Assembly (NCBI GenBank): GCA_964016885.1
Contig: OZ024743.1
Location: 251,720,001 to 251,784,000 of the forward strand
Direction of reading: 5' to 3'
DNA: 64,000 nt
From: Eledone cirrhosa
Taxonomy: Eukaryota
Of this stretch, positions 15,001-29,600 are shown piece by piece. The translations under genes and the position numbers were made by a program. The notes beneath the pieces are model-generated. The model saw only the letters and a program-made list of their open reading frames with translations, had not been told where the DNA came from and did no database searches. Positions within the stretch are counted from its first letter, which is position 1; every line of letters starts with the position of its first letter.

Positions 15001-18000
15001 CACATATATATATAAGATAAGTTCTCCTTCATGTTTATTTCACTTTCGCCAATCCACCACTGCTTCAATTATCTCTATGATGTACTCATGTAAACCGTAA
15101 AGTACAAATTATTCTCTCCTTTCCACGCTCAATTTCGTACATAGTCCAAACAAACATCCAATCTCGCAAAATCCGAAATCTGTATTTTTTGTTATCTATT
15201 TAAGGTTTAAATACGGTGTTTTTGTCGTATTGAATAGAACAAATCTTGCAGTTTTGCTTTTTGTTAAATCGCTTGTTAAACATTCATAACCTTCTATCTT
15301 AATTCTATCGTATTCGTCCAATTCCTTAATTCTATCGTATTCTCAAACAAAAAACAAAATCCTTTCCCATTCTACTTATAAATTACTTTAAATATATATA
15401 GTATGCTACTTGAAAGTCAAAAATCCGCTCCACCCCTTCACCCTCCTTGCTACCCCACGAGGGGCTGCGGTCAGCCACAATATCTCTCCCCCTTCGCCCC
15501 CCCCTCTCTTTCTTCCCCTCTATCTCTCTCTTAGCTACACACACACACACACACATATATATATAAGATAAGTTCTCCTTCATGTTTATTTCACTTTCGC
15601 CAATCCACCACTGCTTCAATTATCTCTATGATGTACTCATGTAAACCGTAAAGTACAAATTATTCTCTCCTTTCCACGCTCAATTTCGTACATAGTCCAA
15701 ACAAACATCCAATCTCGCAAAATCCGAAATCTGTATTTTTTGTTATCTATTTAAGGTTTAAATACGGTGTTTTTGTCGTATTGAACAGAACAAATCTTGC
15801 AGTTTTGCTTTTTGTTAAATCGCTTGTTAAACATTCATAACCTTCTATCTTAATTCTATCGTATTCGTCCAATTCCTTAATTCTATCGTATTCTCAAACA
15901 AAAAACAAAATCCTTTCCCATTCTACTTATAAATTACTTTAAATATATATAGTATGCTACTTGAAAGTCAAAAATCCGCTCCACCCCTTCACCCTCCTTG
16001 CTACCCCACGAGGGGCTGCGGTCAGCCACAATATCTCTCCCCCTTCGCCCCCCCCTCTCTTTCTTCCCCTCTATCTCTCTCTTAGCTACACACACACACA
16101 CACACATATATATATAAGATAAGTTCTCCTTCATGTTTATTTCACTTTCGCCAATCCACCACTGCTTCAATTATCTCTATGATGTACTCATGTAAACCGT
16201 AAAGTACAAATTATTCTCTCCTTTCCACGCTCAATTTCGTACATAGTCCAAACAAACATCCAATCTCGCAAAATCCGAAATCTGTATTTTTTGTTATCTA
16301 TTTAAGGTTTAAATACGGTGTTTTTGTCGTATTGAATAGAACAAATCTTGCAGTTTTGCTTTTTGTTAAATCGCTTGTTAAACATTCATAACCTTCTATC
16401 TTAATTCTATCGTATTCGTCCAATTCCTTAATTCTATCGTATTCTCAAACAAAAAACAAAATCCTTTCCCATTCTACTTATAAATTACTTTAAATATATA
16501 TAGTATGCTACTTGAAAGTCAAAAATCCGCTCCACCCCTTCACCCTCCTTGCTACCCCACGAGGGGCTGCGGTCAGCCACAATATCTCTCCCCCTTCGCC
16601 CCCCCCCTCTCTTTCTTCCCCTCTATCTCTCTCTTAGCTACACACACACACACACACATATATATATAAGATAAGTTCTCCTTCATGTTTATTTCACTTT
16701 CGCCAATCCACCACTGCTTAAATTATCTCTATGATGTACTCATGTAAACCGTAAAGTACAAATTATTCTCTCCTTTCCACGCTCAATTTCGTACATAGTC
16801 CAAACAAACATCCAATCTCGCAAAATCCGAAATCTGTATTTTTTGTTATCTATTTAAGGTTTAAATACGGTGTTTTTGTCGTATTGAACAGAACAAATCT
16901 TGCAGTTTTGCTTTTTGTTAAATCGCTTGTTAAACATTCATAACCTTCTATCTTAATTCTATCGTATTCGTCCAATTCCTTAATTCTATCGTATTCTCAA
17001 ACAAAAAACAAAATCCTTTCCCATTCTACTTATAAATTACTTTAAATATATATAGTATGCTACTTGAAAGTCAAAAATCCGCTCCACCCCTTCACCCTCC
17101 TTGCTACCCCACGAGGGGCTGCGGTCAGCCACAATATCTCTCCCCCTTCGCCCCCCCCTCTCTTTCTTCCCCTCTATCTCTCTCTTAGCTACACACACAC
17201 ACACACACATATATATATAAGATAAGTTCTCCTTCATGTTTATTTCACTTTCGCCAATCCACCACTGCTTCAATTATCTCTATGATGTACTCATGTAAAC
17301 CGTAAAGTACAAATTATTCTCTCCTTTCCACGCTCAATTTCGTACATAGTCCAAACAAACATCCAATCTCGCAAAATCCGAAATCTGTATTTTTTGTTAT
17401 CTATTTAAGGTTTAAATACGGTGTTTTTGTCGTATTGAACAGAACAAATCTTGCAGTTTTGCTTTTTGTTAAATCGCTTGTTAAACATTCATAACCTTCT
17501 ATCTTAATTCTATCGTATTCGTCCAATTCCTTAATTCTATCGTATTCTCAAACAAAAAACAAAATCCTTTCCCATTCTACTTATAAATTACTTTAAATAT
17601 ATATAGTATGCTACTTGAAAGTCAAAAATCCGCTCCACCCCTTCACCCTCCTTGCTACCCCACGAGGGGCTGCGGTCAGCCACAATATCTCTCCCCCTTC
17701 GCCCCCCCCTCTCTTTCTTCCCCTCTATCTCTCTCTTAGCTACACACACACACACACACATATATATATAAGATAAGTTCTCCTTCATGTTTATTTCACT
17801 TTCGCCAATCCACCACTGCTTCAATTATCTCTATGATGTACTCATGTAAACCGTAAAGTACAAATTATTCTCTCCTTTCCACGCTCAATTTCGTACATAG
17901 TCCAAACAAACATCCAATCTCGCAAAATCCGAAATCTGTATTTTTTGTTATCTATTTAAGGTTTAAATACGGTGTTTTTGTCGTATTGAATAGAACAAAT

Positions 18001-21000
18001 CTTGCAGTTTTGCTTTTTGTTAAATCGCTTGTTAAACATTCATAACCTTCTATCTTAATTCTATCGTATTCGTCCAATTCCTTAATTCTATCGTATTCTC
18101 AAACAAAAAACAAAATCCTTTCCCATTCTACTTATAAATTACTTTAAATATATATAGTATGCTACTTGAAAGTCAAAAATCCGCTCCACCCCTTCACCCT
18201 CCTTGCTACCCCACGAGGGGCTGCGGTCAGCCACAATATCTCTCCCCCTTCGCCCCCCCCTCTCTTTCTTCCCCTCTATCTCTCTCTTAGCTACACACAC
18301 ACACACACACATATATATATAAGATAAGTTCTCCTTCATGTTTATTTCACTTTCGCCAATCCACCACTGCTTCAATTATCTCTATGATGTACTCATGTAA
18401 ACCGTAAAGTACAAATTATTCTCTCCTTTCCACGCTCAATTTCGTACATAGTCCAAACAAACATCCAATCTCGCAAAATCCGAAATCTGTATTTTTTGTT
18501 ATCTATTTAAGGTTTAAATACGGTGTTTTTGTCGTATTGAATAGAACAAATCTTGCAGTTTTGCTTTTTGTTAAATCGCTTGTTAAACATTCATAACCTT
18601 CTATCTTAATTCTATCGTATTCGTCCAATTCCTTAATTCTATCGTATTCTCAAACAAAAAACAAAATCCTTTCCCATTCTACTTATAAATTACTTTAAAT
18701 ATATATAGTATGCTACTTGAAAGTCAAAAATCCGCTCCACCCCTTCACCCTCCTTGCTACCCCACGAGGGGCTGCGGTCAGCCACAATATCTCTCCCCCT
18801 TCGCCCCCCCCTCTCTTTCTTCCCCTCTATCTCTCTCTTAGCTACACACACACACACACACATATATATATAAGATAAGTTCTCCTTCATGTTTATTTCA
18901 CTTTCGCCAATCCACCACTGCTTCAATTATCTCTATGATGTACTCATGTAAACCGTAAAGTACAAATTATTCTCTCCTTTCCACGCTCAATTTCGTACAT
19001 AGTCCAAACAAACATCCAATCTCGCAAAATCCGAAATCTGTATTTTTTGTTATCTATTTAAGGTTTAAATACGGTGTTTTTGTCGTATTGAACAGAACAA
19101 ATCTTGCAGTTTTGCTTTTTGTTAAATCGCTTGTTAAACATTCATAACCTTCTATCTTAATTCTATCGTATTCGTCCAATTCCTTAATTCTATCGTATTC
19201 TCAAACAAAAAACAAAATCCTTTCCCATTCTACTTATAAATTACTTTAAATATATATAGTATGCTACTTGAAAGTCAAAAATCCGCTCCACCCCTTCACC
19301 CTCCTTGCTACCCCACGAGGGGCTGCGGTCAGCCACAATATCTCTCCCCCTTCGCCCCCCCCTCTCTTTCTTCCCCTCTATCTCTCTCTTAGCTACACAC
19401 ACACACACACACATATATATATAAGATAAGTTCTCCTTCATGTTTATTTCACTTTCGCCAATCCACCACTGCTTCAATTATCTCTATGATGTACTCATGT
19501 AAACCGTAAAGTACAAATTATTCTCTCCTTTCCACGCTCAATTTCGTACATAGTCCAAACAAACATCCAATCTCGCAAAATCCGAAATCTGTATTTTTTG
19601 TTATCTATTTAAGGTTTAAATACGGTGTTTTTGTCGTATTGAACAGAACAAATCTTGCAGTTTTGCTTTTTGTTAAATCGCTTGTTAAACATTCATAACC
19701 TTCTATCTTAATTCTATCGTATTCGTCCAATTCCTTAATTCTATCGTATTCTCAAACAAAAAACAAAATCCTTTCCCATTCTACTTATAAATTACTTTAA
19801 ATATATATAGTATGCTACTTGAAAGTCAAAAATCCGCTCCACCCCTTCACCCTCCTTGCTACCCCACGAGGGGCTGCGGTCAGCCACAATATCTCTCCCC
19901 CTTCGCCCCCCCCTCTCTTTCTTCCCCTCTATCTCTCTCTTAGCTACACACACACACACACACATATATATATAAGATAAGTTCTCCTTCATGTTTATTT
20001 CACTTTCGCCAATCCACCACTGCTTCAATTATCTCTATGATGTACTCATGTAAACCGTAAAGTACAAATTATTCTCTCCTTTCCACGCTCAATTTCGTAC
20101 ATAGTCCAAACAAACATCCAATCTCGCAAAATCCGAAATCTGTATTTTTTGTTATCTATTTAAGGTTTAAATACGGTGTTTTTGTCGTATTGAATAGAAC
20201 AAATCTTGCAGTTTTGCTTTTTGTTAAATCGCTTGTTAAACATTCATAACCTTCTATCTTAATTCTATCGTATTCGTCCAATTCCTTAATTCTATCGTAT
20301 TCTCAAACAAAAAACAAAATCCTTTCCCATTCTACTTATAAATTACTTTAAATATATATAGTATGCTACTTGAAAGTCAAAAATCCGCTCCACCCCTTCA
20401 CCCTCCTTGCTACCCCACGAGGGGCTGCGGTCAGCCACAATATCTCTCCCCCTTCGCCCCCCCCCTCTCTTTCTTCCCCTCTATCTCTCTCTTAGCTACA
20501 CACACACACACACACATATATATATAAGATAAGTTCTCCTTCATGTTTATTTCACTTTCGCCAATCCACCACTGCTTCAATTATCTCTATGATGTACTCA
20601 TGTAAACCGTAAAGTACAAATTATTCTCTCCTTTCCACGCTCAATTTCGTACATAGTCCAAACAAACATCCAATCTCGCAAAATCCGAAATCTGTATTTT
20701 TTGTTATCTATTTAAGGTTTAAATACGGTGTTTTTGTCGTATTGAACAGAACAAATCTTGCAGTTTTGCTTTTTGTTAAATCGCTTGTTAAACATTCATA
20801 ACCTTCTATCTTAATTCTATCGTATTCGTCCAATTCCTTAATTCTATCGTATTCTCAAACAAAAAACAAAATCCTTTCCCATTCTACTTATAAATTACTT
20901 TAAATATATATAGTATGCTACTTGAAAGTCAAAAATCCGCTCCACCCCTTCACCCTCCTTGCTACCCCACGAGGGGCTGCGGTCAGCCACAATATCTCTC

Positions 21001-24000
21001 CCCCTTCGCCCCCCCCTCTCTTTCTTCCCCTCTATCTCTCTCTTAGCTACACACACACACACACACATATATATATAAGATAAGTTCTCCTTCATGTTTA
21101 TTTCACTTTCGCCAATCCACCACTGCTTCAATTATCTCTATGATGTACTCATGTAAACCGTAAAGTACAAATTATTCTCTCCTTTCCACGCTCAATTTCG
21201 TACATAGTCCAAACAAACATCCAATCTCGCAAAATCCGAAATCTGTATTTTTTGTTATCTATTTAAGGTTTAAATACGGTGTTTTTGTCGTATTGAACAG
21301 AACAAATCTTGCAGTTTTGCTTTTTGTTAAATCGCTTGTTAAACATTCATAACCTTCTATCTTAATTCTATCGTATTCGTCCAATTCCTTAATTCTATCG
21401 TATTCTCAAACAAAAAACAAAATCCTTTCCCATTCTACTTATAAATTACTTTAAATATATATAGTATGCTACTTGAAAGTCAAAAATCCGCTCCACCCCT
21501 TCACCCTCCTTGCTACCCCACGAGGGGCTGCGGTCAGCCACAATATCTCTCCCCCTTCGCCCCCCCCCTCTCTTTCTTCCCCTCTATCTCTCTCTTAGCT
21601 ACACACACACACACACACATATATATATAAGATAAGTTCTCCTTCATGTTTATTTCACTTTCGCCAATCCACCACTGCTTCAATTATCTCTATGATGTAC
21701 TCATGTAAACCGTAAAGTACAAATTATTCTCTCCTTTCCACGCTCAATTTCGTACATAGTCCAAACAAACATCCAATCTCGCAAAATCCGAAATCTGTAT
21801 TTTTTGTTATCTATTTAAGGTTTAAATACGGTGTTTTTGTCGTATTGAATAGAACAAATCTTGCAGTTTTGCTTTTTGTTAAATCGCTTGTTAAACATTC
21901 ATAACCTTCTATCTTAATTCTATCGTATTCGTCCAATTCCTTAATTCTATCGTATTCTCAAACAAAAAACAAAATCCTTTCCCATTCTACTTATAAATTA
22001 CTTTAAATATATATAGTATGCTACTTGAAAGTCAAAAATCCGCTCCACCCCTTCACCCTCCTTGCTACCCCACGAGGGGCTGCGGTCAGCCACAATATCT
22101 CTCCCCCTTCGCCCCCCCCCTCTCTTTCTTCCCCTCTATCTCTCTCTTAGCTACACACACACACACACACATATATATATAAGATAAGTTCTCCTTCATG
22201 TTTATTTCACTTTCGCCAATCCACCACTGCTTCAATTATCTCTATGATGTACTCATGTAAACCGTAAAGTACAAATTATTCTCTCCTTTCCACGCTCAAT
22301 TTCGTACATAGTCCAAACAAACATCCAATCTCGCAAAATCCGAAATCTGTATTTTTTGTTATCTATTTAAGGTTTAAATACGGTGTTTTTGTCGTATTGA
22401 ACAGAACAAATCTTGCAGTTTTGCTTTTTGTTAAATCGCTTGTTAAACATTCATAACCTTCTATCTTAATTCTATCGTATTCGTCCAATTCCTTAATTCT
22501 ATCGTATTCTCAAACAAAAAACAAAATCCTTTCCCATTCTACTTATAAATTACTTTAAATATATATAGTATGCTACTTGAAAGTCAAAAATCCGCTCCAC
22601 CCCTTCACCCTCCTTGCTACCCCACGAGGGGCTGCGGTCAGCCACAATATCTCTCCCCCTTCGCCCCCCCCTCTCTTTCTTCCCCTCTATCTCTCTCTTA
22701 GCTACACACACACACACACACATATATATATAAGATAAGTTCTCCTTCATGTTTATTTCACTTTCGCCAATCCACCACTGCTTCAATTATCTCTATGATG
22801 TACTCATGTAAACCGTAAAGTACAAATTATTCTCTCCTTTCCACGCTCAATTTCGTACATAGTCCAAACAAACATCCAATCTCGCAAAATCCGAAATCTG
22901 TATTTTTTGTTATCTATTTAAGGTTTAAATACGGTGTTTTTGTCGTATTGAATAGAACAAATCTTGCAGTTTTGCTTTTTGTTAAATCGCTTGTTAAACA
23001 TTCATAACCTTCTATCTTAATTCTATCGTATTCGTCCAATTCCTTAATTCTATCGTATTCTCAAACAAAAAACAAAATCCTTTCCCATTCTACTTATAAA
23101 TTACTTTAAATATATATAGTATGCTACTTGAAAGTCAAAAATCCGCTCCACCCCTTCACCCTCCTTGCTACCCCACGAGGGGCTGCGGTCAGCCACAATA
23201 TCTCTCCCCCTTCGCCCCCCCCCTCTCTTTCTTCCCCTCTATCTCTCTCTTAGCTACACACACACACACACACATATATATATAAGATAAGTTCTCCTTC
23301 ATGTTTATTTCACTTTCGCCAATCCACCACTGCTTCAATTATCTCTATGATGTACTCATGTAAACCGTAAAGTACAAATTATTCTCTCCTTTCCACGCTC
23401 AATTTCGTACATAGTCCAAACAAACATCCAATCTCGCAAAATCCGAAATCTGTATTTTTTGTTATCTATTTAAGGTTTAAATACGGTGTTTTTGTCGTAT
23501 TGAACAGAACAAATCTTGCAGTTTTGCTTTTTGTTAAATCGCTTGTTAAACATTCATAACCTTCTATCTTAATTCTATCGTATTCGTCCAATTCCTTAAT
23601 TCTATCGTATTCTCAAACAAAAAACAAAATCCTTTCCCATTCTACTTATAAATTACTTTAAATATATATAGTATGCTACTTGAAAGTCAAAAATCCGCTC
23701 CACCCCTTCACCCTCCTTGCTACCCCACGAGGGGCTGCGGTCAGCCACAATATCTCTCCCCCTTCGCCCCCCCCTCTCTTTCTTCCCCTCTATCTCTCTC
23801 TTAGCTTCTTAGCTACACACACACACACACACATATATATATAAGATAAGTTCTCCTTCATGTTTATTTCACTTTCGCCAATCCACCACTGCTTCAATTA
23901 TCTCTATGATGTACTCATGTAAACCGTAAAGTACAAATTATTCTCTCCTTTCCACGCTCAATTTCGTACATAGTCCAAACAAACATCCAATCTCGCAAAA

Positions 24001-26567
24001 TCCGAAATCTGTATTTTTTGTTATCTATTTAAGGTTTAAATACGGTGTTTTTGTCGTATTGAACAGAACAAATCTTGCAGTTTTGCTTTTTGTTAAATCG
24101 CTTGTTAAACATTCATAACCTTCTATCTTAATTCTATCGTATTCGTCCAATTCCTTAATTCTATCGTATTCTCAAACAAAAAACAAAATCCTTTCCCATT
24201 CTACTTATAAATTACTTTAAATATATATAGTATGCTACTTGAAAGTCAAAAATCCGCTCCACCCCTTCACCCTCCTTGCTACCCCACGAGGGGCTGCGGT
24301 CAGCCACAATATCTCTCCCCCTTCGCCCCCCCCTCTCTTTCTTCCCCTCTATCTCTCTCTTAGCTACACACACACACACACACATAATATATAAGATAAG
24401 TTCTCCTTCATGTTTATTTCACTTTCGCCAATCCACCACTGCTTCAATTATCTCTATGATGTACTCATGTAAACCGTAAAGTACAAATTATTCTCTCCTT
24501 TCCACGCTCAATTTCGTACATAGTCCAAACAAACATCCAATCTCGCAAAATCCGAAATCTGTATTTTTTGTTATCTATTTAAGGTTTAAATACGGTGTTT
24601 TTGTCGTATTGAACAGAACAAATCTTGCAGTTTTGCTTTTTGTTAAATCGCTTGTTAAACATTCATAACCTTCTATCTTAATTCTATCGTATTCGTCCAA
24701 TTCCTTAATTCTATCGTATTCTCAAACAAAAAACAAAATCCTTTCCCATTCTACTTATAAATTACTTTAAATATATATAGTATGCTACTTGAAAGTCAAA
24801 AATCCGCTCCACCCCTTCACCCTCCTTGCTACCCCACGAGGGGCTGCGGTCAGCCACAATATCTCTCCCCCTTCGCCCCCCCCTCTCTTTCTTCCCCTCT
24901 ATCTCTCTCTTAGCTACACACACACACACACACATATATATATAAGATAAGTTCTCCTTCATGTTTATTTCACTTTCGCCAATCCACCACTGCTTCAATT
25001 ATCTCTATGATGTACTCATGTAAACCGTAAAGTACAAATTATTCTCTCCTTTCCACGCTCAATTTCGTACATAGTCCAAACAAACATCCAATCTCGCAAA
25101 ATCCGAAATCTGTATTTTTTGTTATCTATTTAAGGTTTAAATACGGTGTTTTTGTCGTATTGAACAGAACAAATCTTGCAGTTTTGCTTTTTGTTAAATC
25201 GCTTGTTAAACATTCATAACCTTCTATCTTAATTCTATCGTATTCGTCCAATTCCTTAATTCTATCGTATTCTCAAACAAAAAACAAAATCCTTTCCCAT
25301 TCTACTTATAAATTACTTTAAATATATATAGTATGCTACTTGAAAGTCAAAAATCCGCTCCACCCCTTCACCCTCCTTGCTACCCCACGAGGGGCTGCGG
25401 TCAGCCACAATATCTCTCCCCCTTCGCCCCCCCCTCTCTTTCTTCCCCTCTATCTCTCTCTTAGCTACACACACACACACACACATATATATATAAGATA
25501 AGTTCTCCTTCATGTTTATTTCACTTTCGCCAATCCACCACTGCTTCAATTATCTCTATGATGTACTCATGTAAACCGTAAAGTACAAATTATTCTCTCC
25601 TTTCCACGCTCAATTTCGTACATAGTCCAAACAAACATCCAATCTCGCAAAATCCGAAATCTGTATTTTTTGTTATCTATTTAAGGTTTAAATACGGTGT
25701 TTTTGTCGTATTGAACAGAACAAATCTTGCAGTTTTGCTTTTTGTTAAATCGCTTGTTAAACATTCATAACCTTCTATCTTAATTCTATCGTATTCGTCC
25801 AATTCCTTAATTCTATCGTATTCTCAAACAAAAAACAAAATCCTTTCCCATTCTACTTATAAATTACTTTAAATATATATAGTATGCTACTTGAAAGTCA
25901 AAAATCCGCTCCACCCCTTCACCCTCCTTGCTACCCCACGAGGGGCTGCGGTCAGCCACAATATCTCTCCCCCTTCGCCCCCCCCTCTCTTTCTTCCCCT
26001 CTATCTCTCTCTTAGCTACACACACACACACACACATATATATATAAGATAAGTTCTCCTTCATGTTTATTTCACTTTCGCCAATCCACCACTGCTTCAA
26101 TTATCTCTATGATGTACTCATGTAAACCGTAAAGTACAAATTATTCTCTCCTTTCCACGCTCAATTTCGTACATAGTCCAAACAAACATCCAATCTCGCA
26201 AAATCCGAAATCTGTATTTTTTGTTATCTATTTAAGGTTTAAATACGGTGTTTTTGTCGTATTGAACAGAACAAATCTTGCAGTTTTGCTTTTTGTTAAA
26301 TCGCTTGTTAAACATTCATAACCTTCTATCTTAATTCTATCGTATTCGTCCAATTCCTTAATTCTATCGTATTCTCAAACAAAAAACAAAATCCTTTCCC
26401 ATTCTACTTATAAATTACTTTAAATATATATAGTATGCTACTTGAAAGTCAAAAATCCGCTCCACCCCTTCACCCTCTTGCTACCCCACGAGGGGCTGCG
26501 GTCAGCCACAATATCTCTCCCCCTTCGCCCCCCCCCTCTCTTTCTTCCCTCTATCTCTCTCTTAGCT

Positions 26568-26600
<33 letters not shown>

Positions 26601-29600
26601 AGTTCTCCTTCATGTTTATTTCACTTCGCCAATCCACCACTGCTTCAATTATCTCTATGATGTACTCATGTAAACCGTAAGTACAAATTATTCTCTCCTT
26701 TCCACGCTCAATTTCGTACATAGTCCAAACAAACATCCAATCTCGCAAAATCCGAATCTGTATTTTTTTGTTATCTATTTAAGGTTTAAATACGGTGTTT
26801 TTGTCGTATTGAACAGAACAAATCTTGCAGTTTTGCTTTTTGTTAAATCGCTTGTTAAACATTCATAACCTTCTATCTTAATTCTATCGTATTCGTCCAA
26901 TTCCTTAATTCTATCGTATTCTCAAACAAAAAACAAAATCCTTTCCCATTCTACTTATAAATTACTTTAAATATATATAGTATGCTACTTGAAAGTCAAA
27001 AATCCGCTCCACCCCTTCACCCTCCTTGCTACCCCACGAGGGGCTGCGGTCAGCCACAATATCTCTCCCCTTCGGGCCCCCCCCTCTCTTTCTTCCCTCT
27101 ATCTCTCTCTTAGCTACACACACACACACACACATATATATATAAGATAAGTTCTCCTTCATGTTTATTTCACTTTCGCCAATCCACCACTGCTTCAATT
27201 ATCTCTAGATGTACTCATGTAAACCGTAAAGTACAAATTATTCTCTCCTTTCCACGCTCAATTTCGTACATAGTCAAACAAACATCCAATCTCGCAAAAT
27301 CCGAAATCTGTATTTTTTGTTATCTATTTAAGGTTTAAATACGGTGTTTTTGTCGTATTGAACAGAACAAATCTTGCAGTTTTGCTTTTTGTTAAATCGC
27401 TTGTTAAACATTCATAACCTTCTATCTTAATTCTATCGTATTCGTCCAATTCCTTAATTCTATCGTATTCTCAAACAAAAAACAAAATCCTTTCCCATTC
27501 TACTTATAAATTACTTTAAATATATATAGTATGCTACTTGAAAGTCAAAAATCCGCTCCACCCCTTCACCCTCCTTGCTACCCCACGAGGGGCTGCGGTC
27601 AGCCACAATATCCTCCCCCTTCGCCCCCCCCCTCTCTTTCTTCCCCTCTATCTCTCTCTTAGCTACACACACACACACACACATATATATATAAGATAAG
27701 TTCTCCTTCATGTTTATTTCACTTTCGCCAATCCACCACTGCTTCAATTATCTCTATGATGTACTCATGTAAACCGTAAAGTACAAATTATTCTCTCCTT
27801 TCCACGCTCAATTTCGTACATAGTCCAAACAAACATCCAATCTCGCAAAATCCGAAATCTGTATTTTTTGTTATCTATTTAAGGTTTAAATACGGTGTTT
27901 TTGTCGTATTGAACAGAACAAATCTTGCAGTTTTGCTTTTTGTTAAATCGCTTGTTAAACATTCATAACCTTCTATCTTAATTCTATCGTATTCGTCCAA
28001 TTCCTTAATTCTATCGTATTCTCAAACAAAAAACAAAATCCTTTCCCATTCTACTTATAAATTACTTTAAATATATATAGTATGCTACTTGAAAGTCAAA
28101 AATCCGCTCCACCCCTTCACCCTCCTTGCTACCCCACGAGGGGCTGCGGTCAGCCACAATATCTCTCCCCCTTCGCCCCCCCCTCTCTTTCTTCCCCTCT
28201 ATCTCTCTCTTAGCTACACACACACACACACACATATATATATAAGATAAGTTCTCCTTCATGTTTATTTCACTTTCGCCAATCCACCACTGCTTCAATT
28301 ATCTCTATGATGTACTCATGTAAACCGTAAAGTACAAATTATTCTCTCCTTTCCACGCTCAATTTCGTACATAGTCCAAACAAACATCCAATCTCGCAAA
28401 ATCCGAAATCTGTATTTTTTGTTATCTATTTAAGGTTTAAATACGGTGTTTTTGTCGTATTGAACAGAACAAATCTTGCAGTTTTGCTTTTTGTTAAATC
28501 GCTTGTTAAACATTCATAACCTTCTATCTTAATTCTATCGTATTCGTCCAATTCCTTAATTCTATCGTATTCTCAAACAAAAAACAAAATCCTTTCCCAT
28601 TCTACTTATAAATTACTTTAAATATATATAGTATGCTACTTGAAAGTCAAAAATCCGCTCCACCCCTTCACCCTCCTTGCTACCCCACGAGGGGCTGCGG
28701 TCAGCCACAATATCTCTCCCCCTTCGCCCCCCCCCTCTCTTTCTTCCCCTCTATCTCTCTCTTAGCTACACACACACACACACACATATATATATAAGAT
28801 AAGTTCTCCTTCATGTTTATTTCACTTTCGCCAATCCACCACTGCTTCAATTATCTCTATGATGTACTCATGTAAACCGTAAAGTACAAATTATTCTCTC
28901 CTTTCCACGCTCAATTTCGTACATAGTCCAAACAAACATCCAATCTCGCAAAATCCGAAATCTGTATTTTTTGTTATCTATTTAAGGTTTAAATACGGTG
29001 TTTTTGTCGTATTGAACAGAACAAATCTTGCAGTTTTGCTTTTTGTTAAATCGCTTGTTAAACATTCATAACCTTCTATCTTAATTCTATCGTATTCGTC
29101 CAATTCCTTAATTCTATCGTATTCTCAAACAAAAAACAAAATCCTTTCCCATTCTACTTATAAATTACTTTAAATATATATAGTATGCTACTTGAAAGTC
29201 AAAAATCCGCTCCACCCCTTCACCCTCCTTGCTACCCCACGAGGGGCTGCGGTCAGCCACAATATCTCTCCCCCTTCGCCCCCCCCTCTCTTTCTTCCCC
29301 TCTATCTCTCTCTTAGCTACACACACACACACACACATATATATATAAGATAAGTTCTCCTTCATGTTTATTTCACTTTCGCCAATCCACCACTGCTTCA
29401 ATTATCTCTATGATGTACTCATGTAAACCGTAAAGTACAAATTATTCTCTCCTTTCCACGCTCAATTTCGTACATAGTCCAAACAAACATCCAATCTCGC
29501 AAAATCCGAAATCTGTATTTTTTGTTATCTATTTAAGGTTTAAATACGGTGTTTTTGTCGTATTGAACAGAACAAATCTTGCAGTTTTGCTTTTTGTTAA

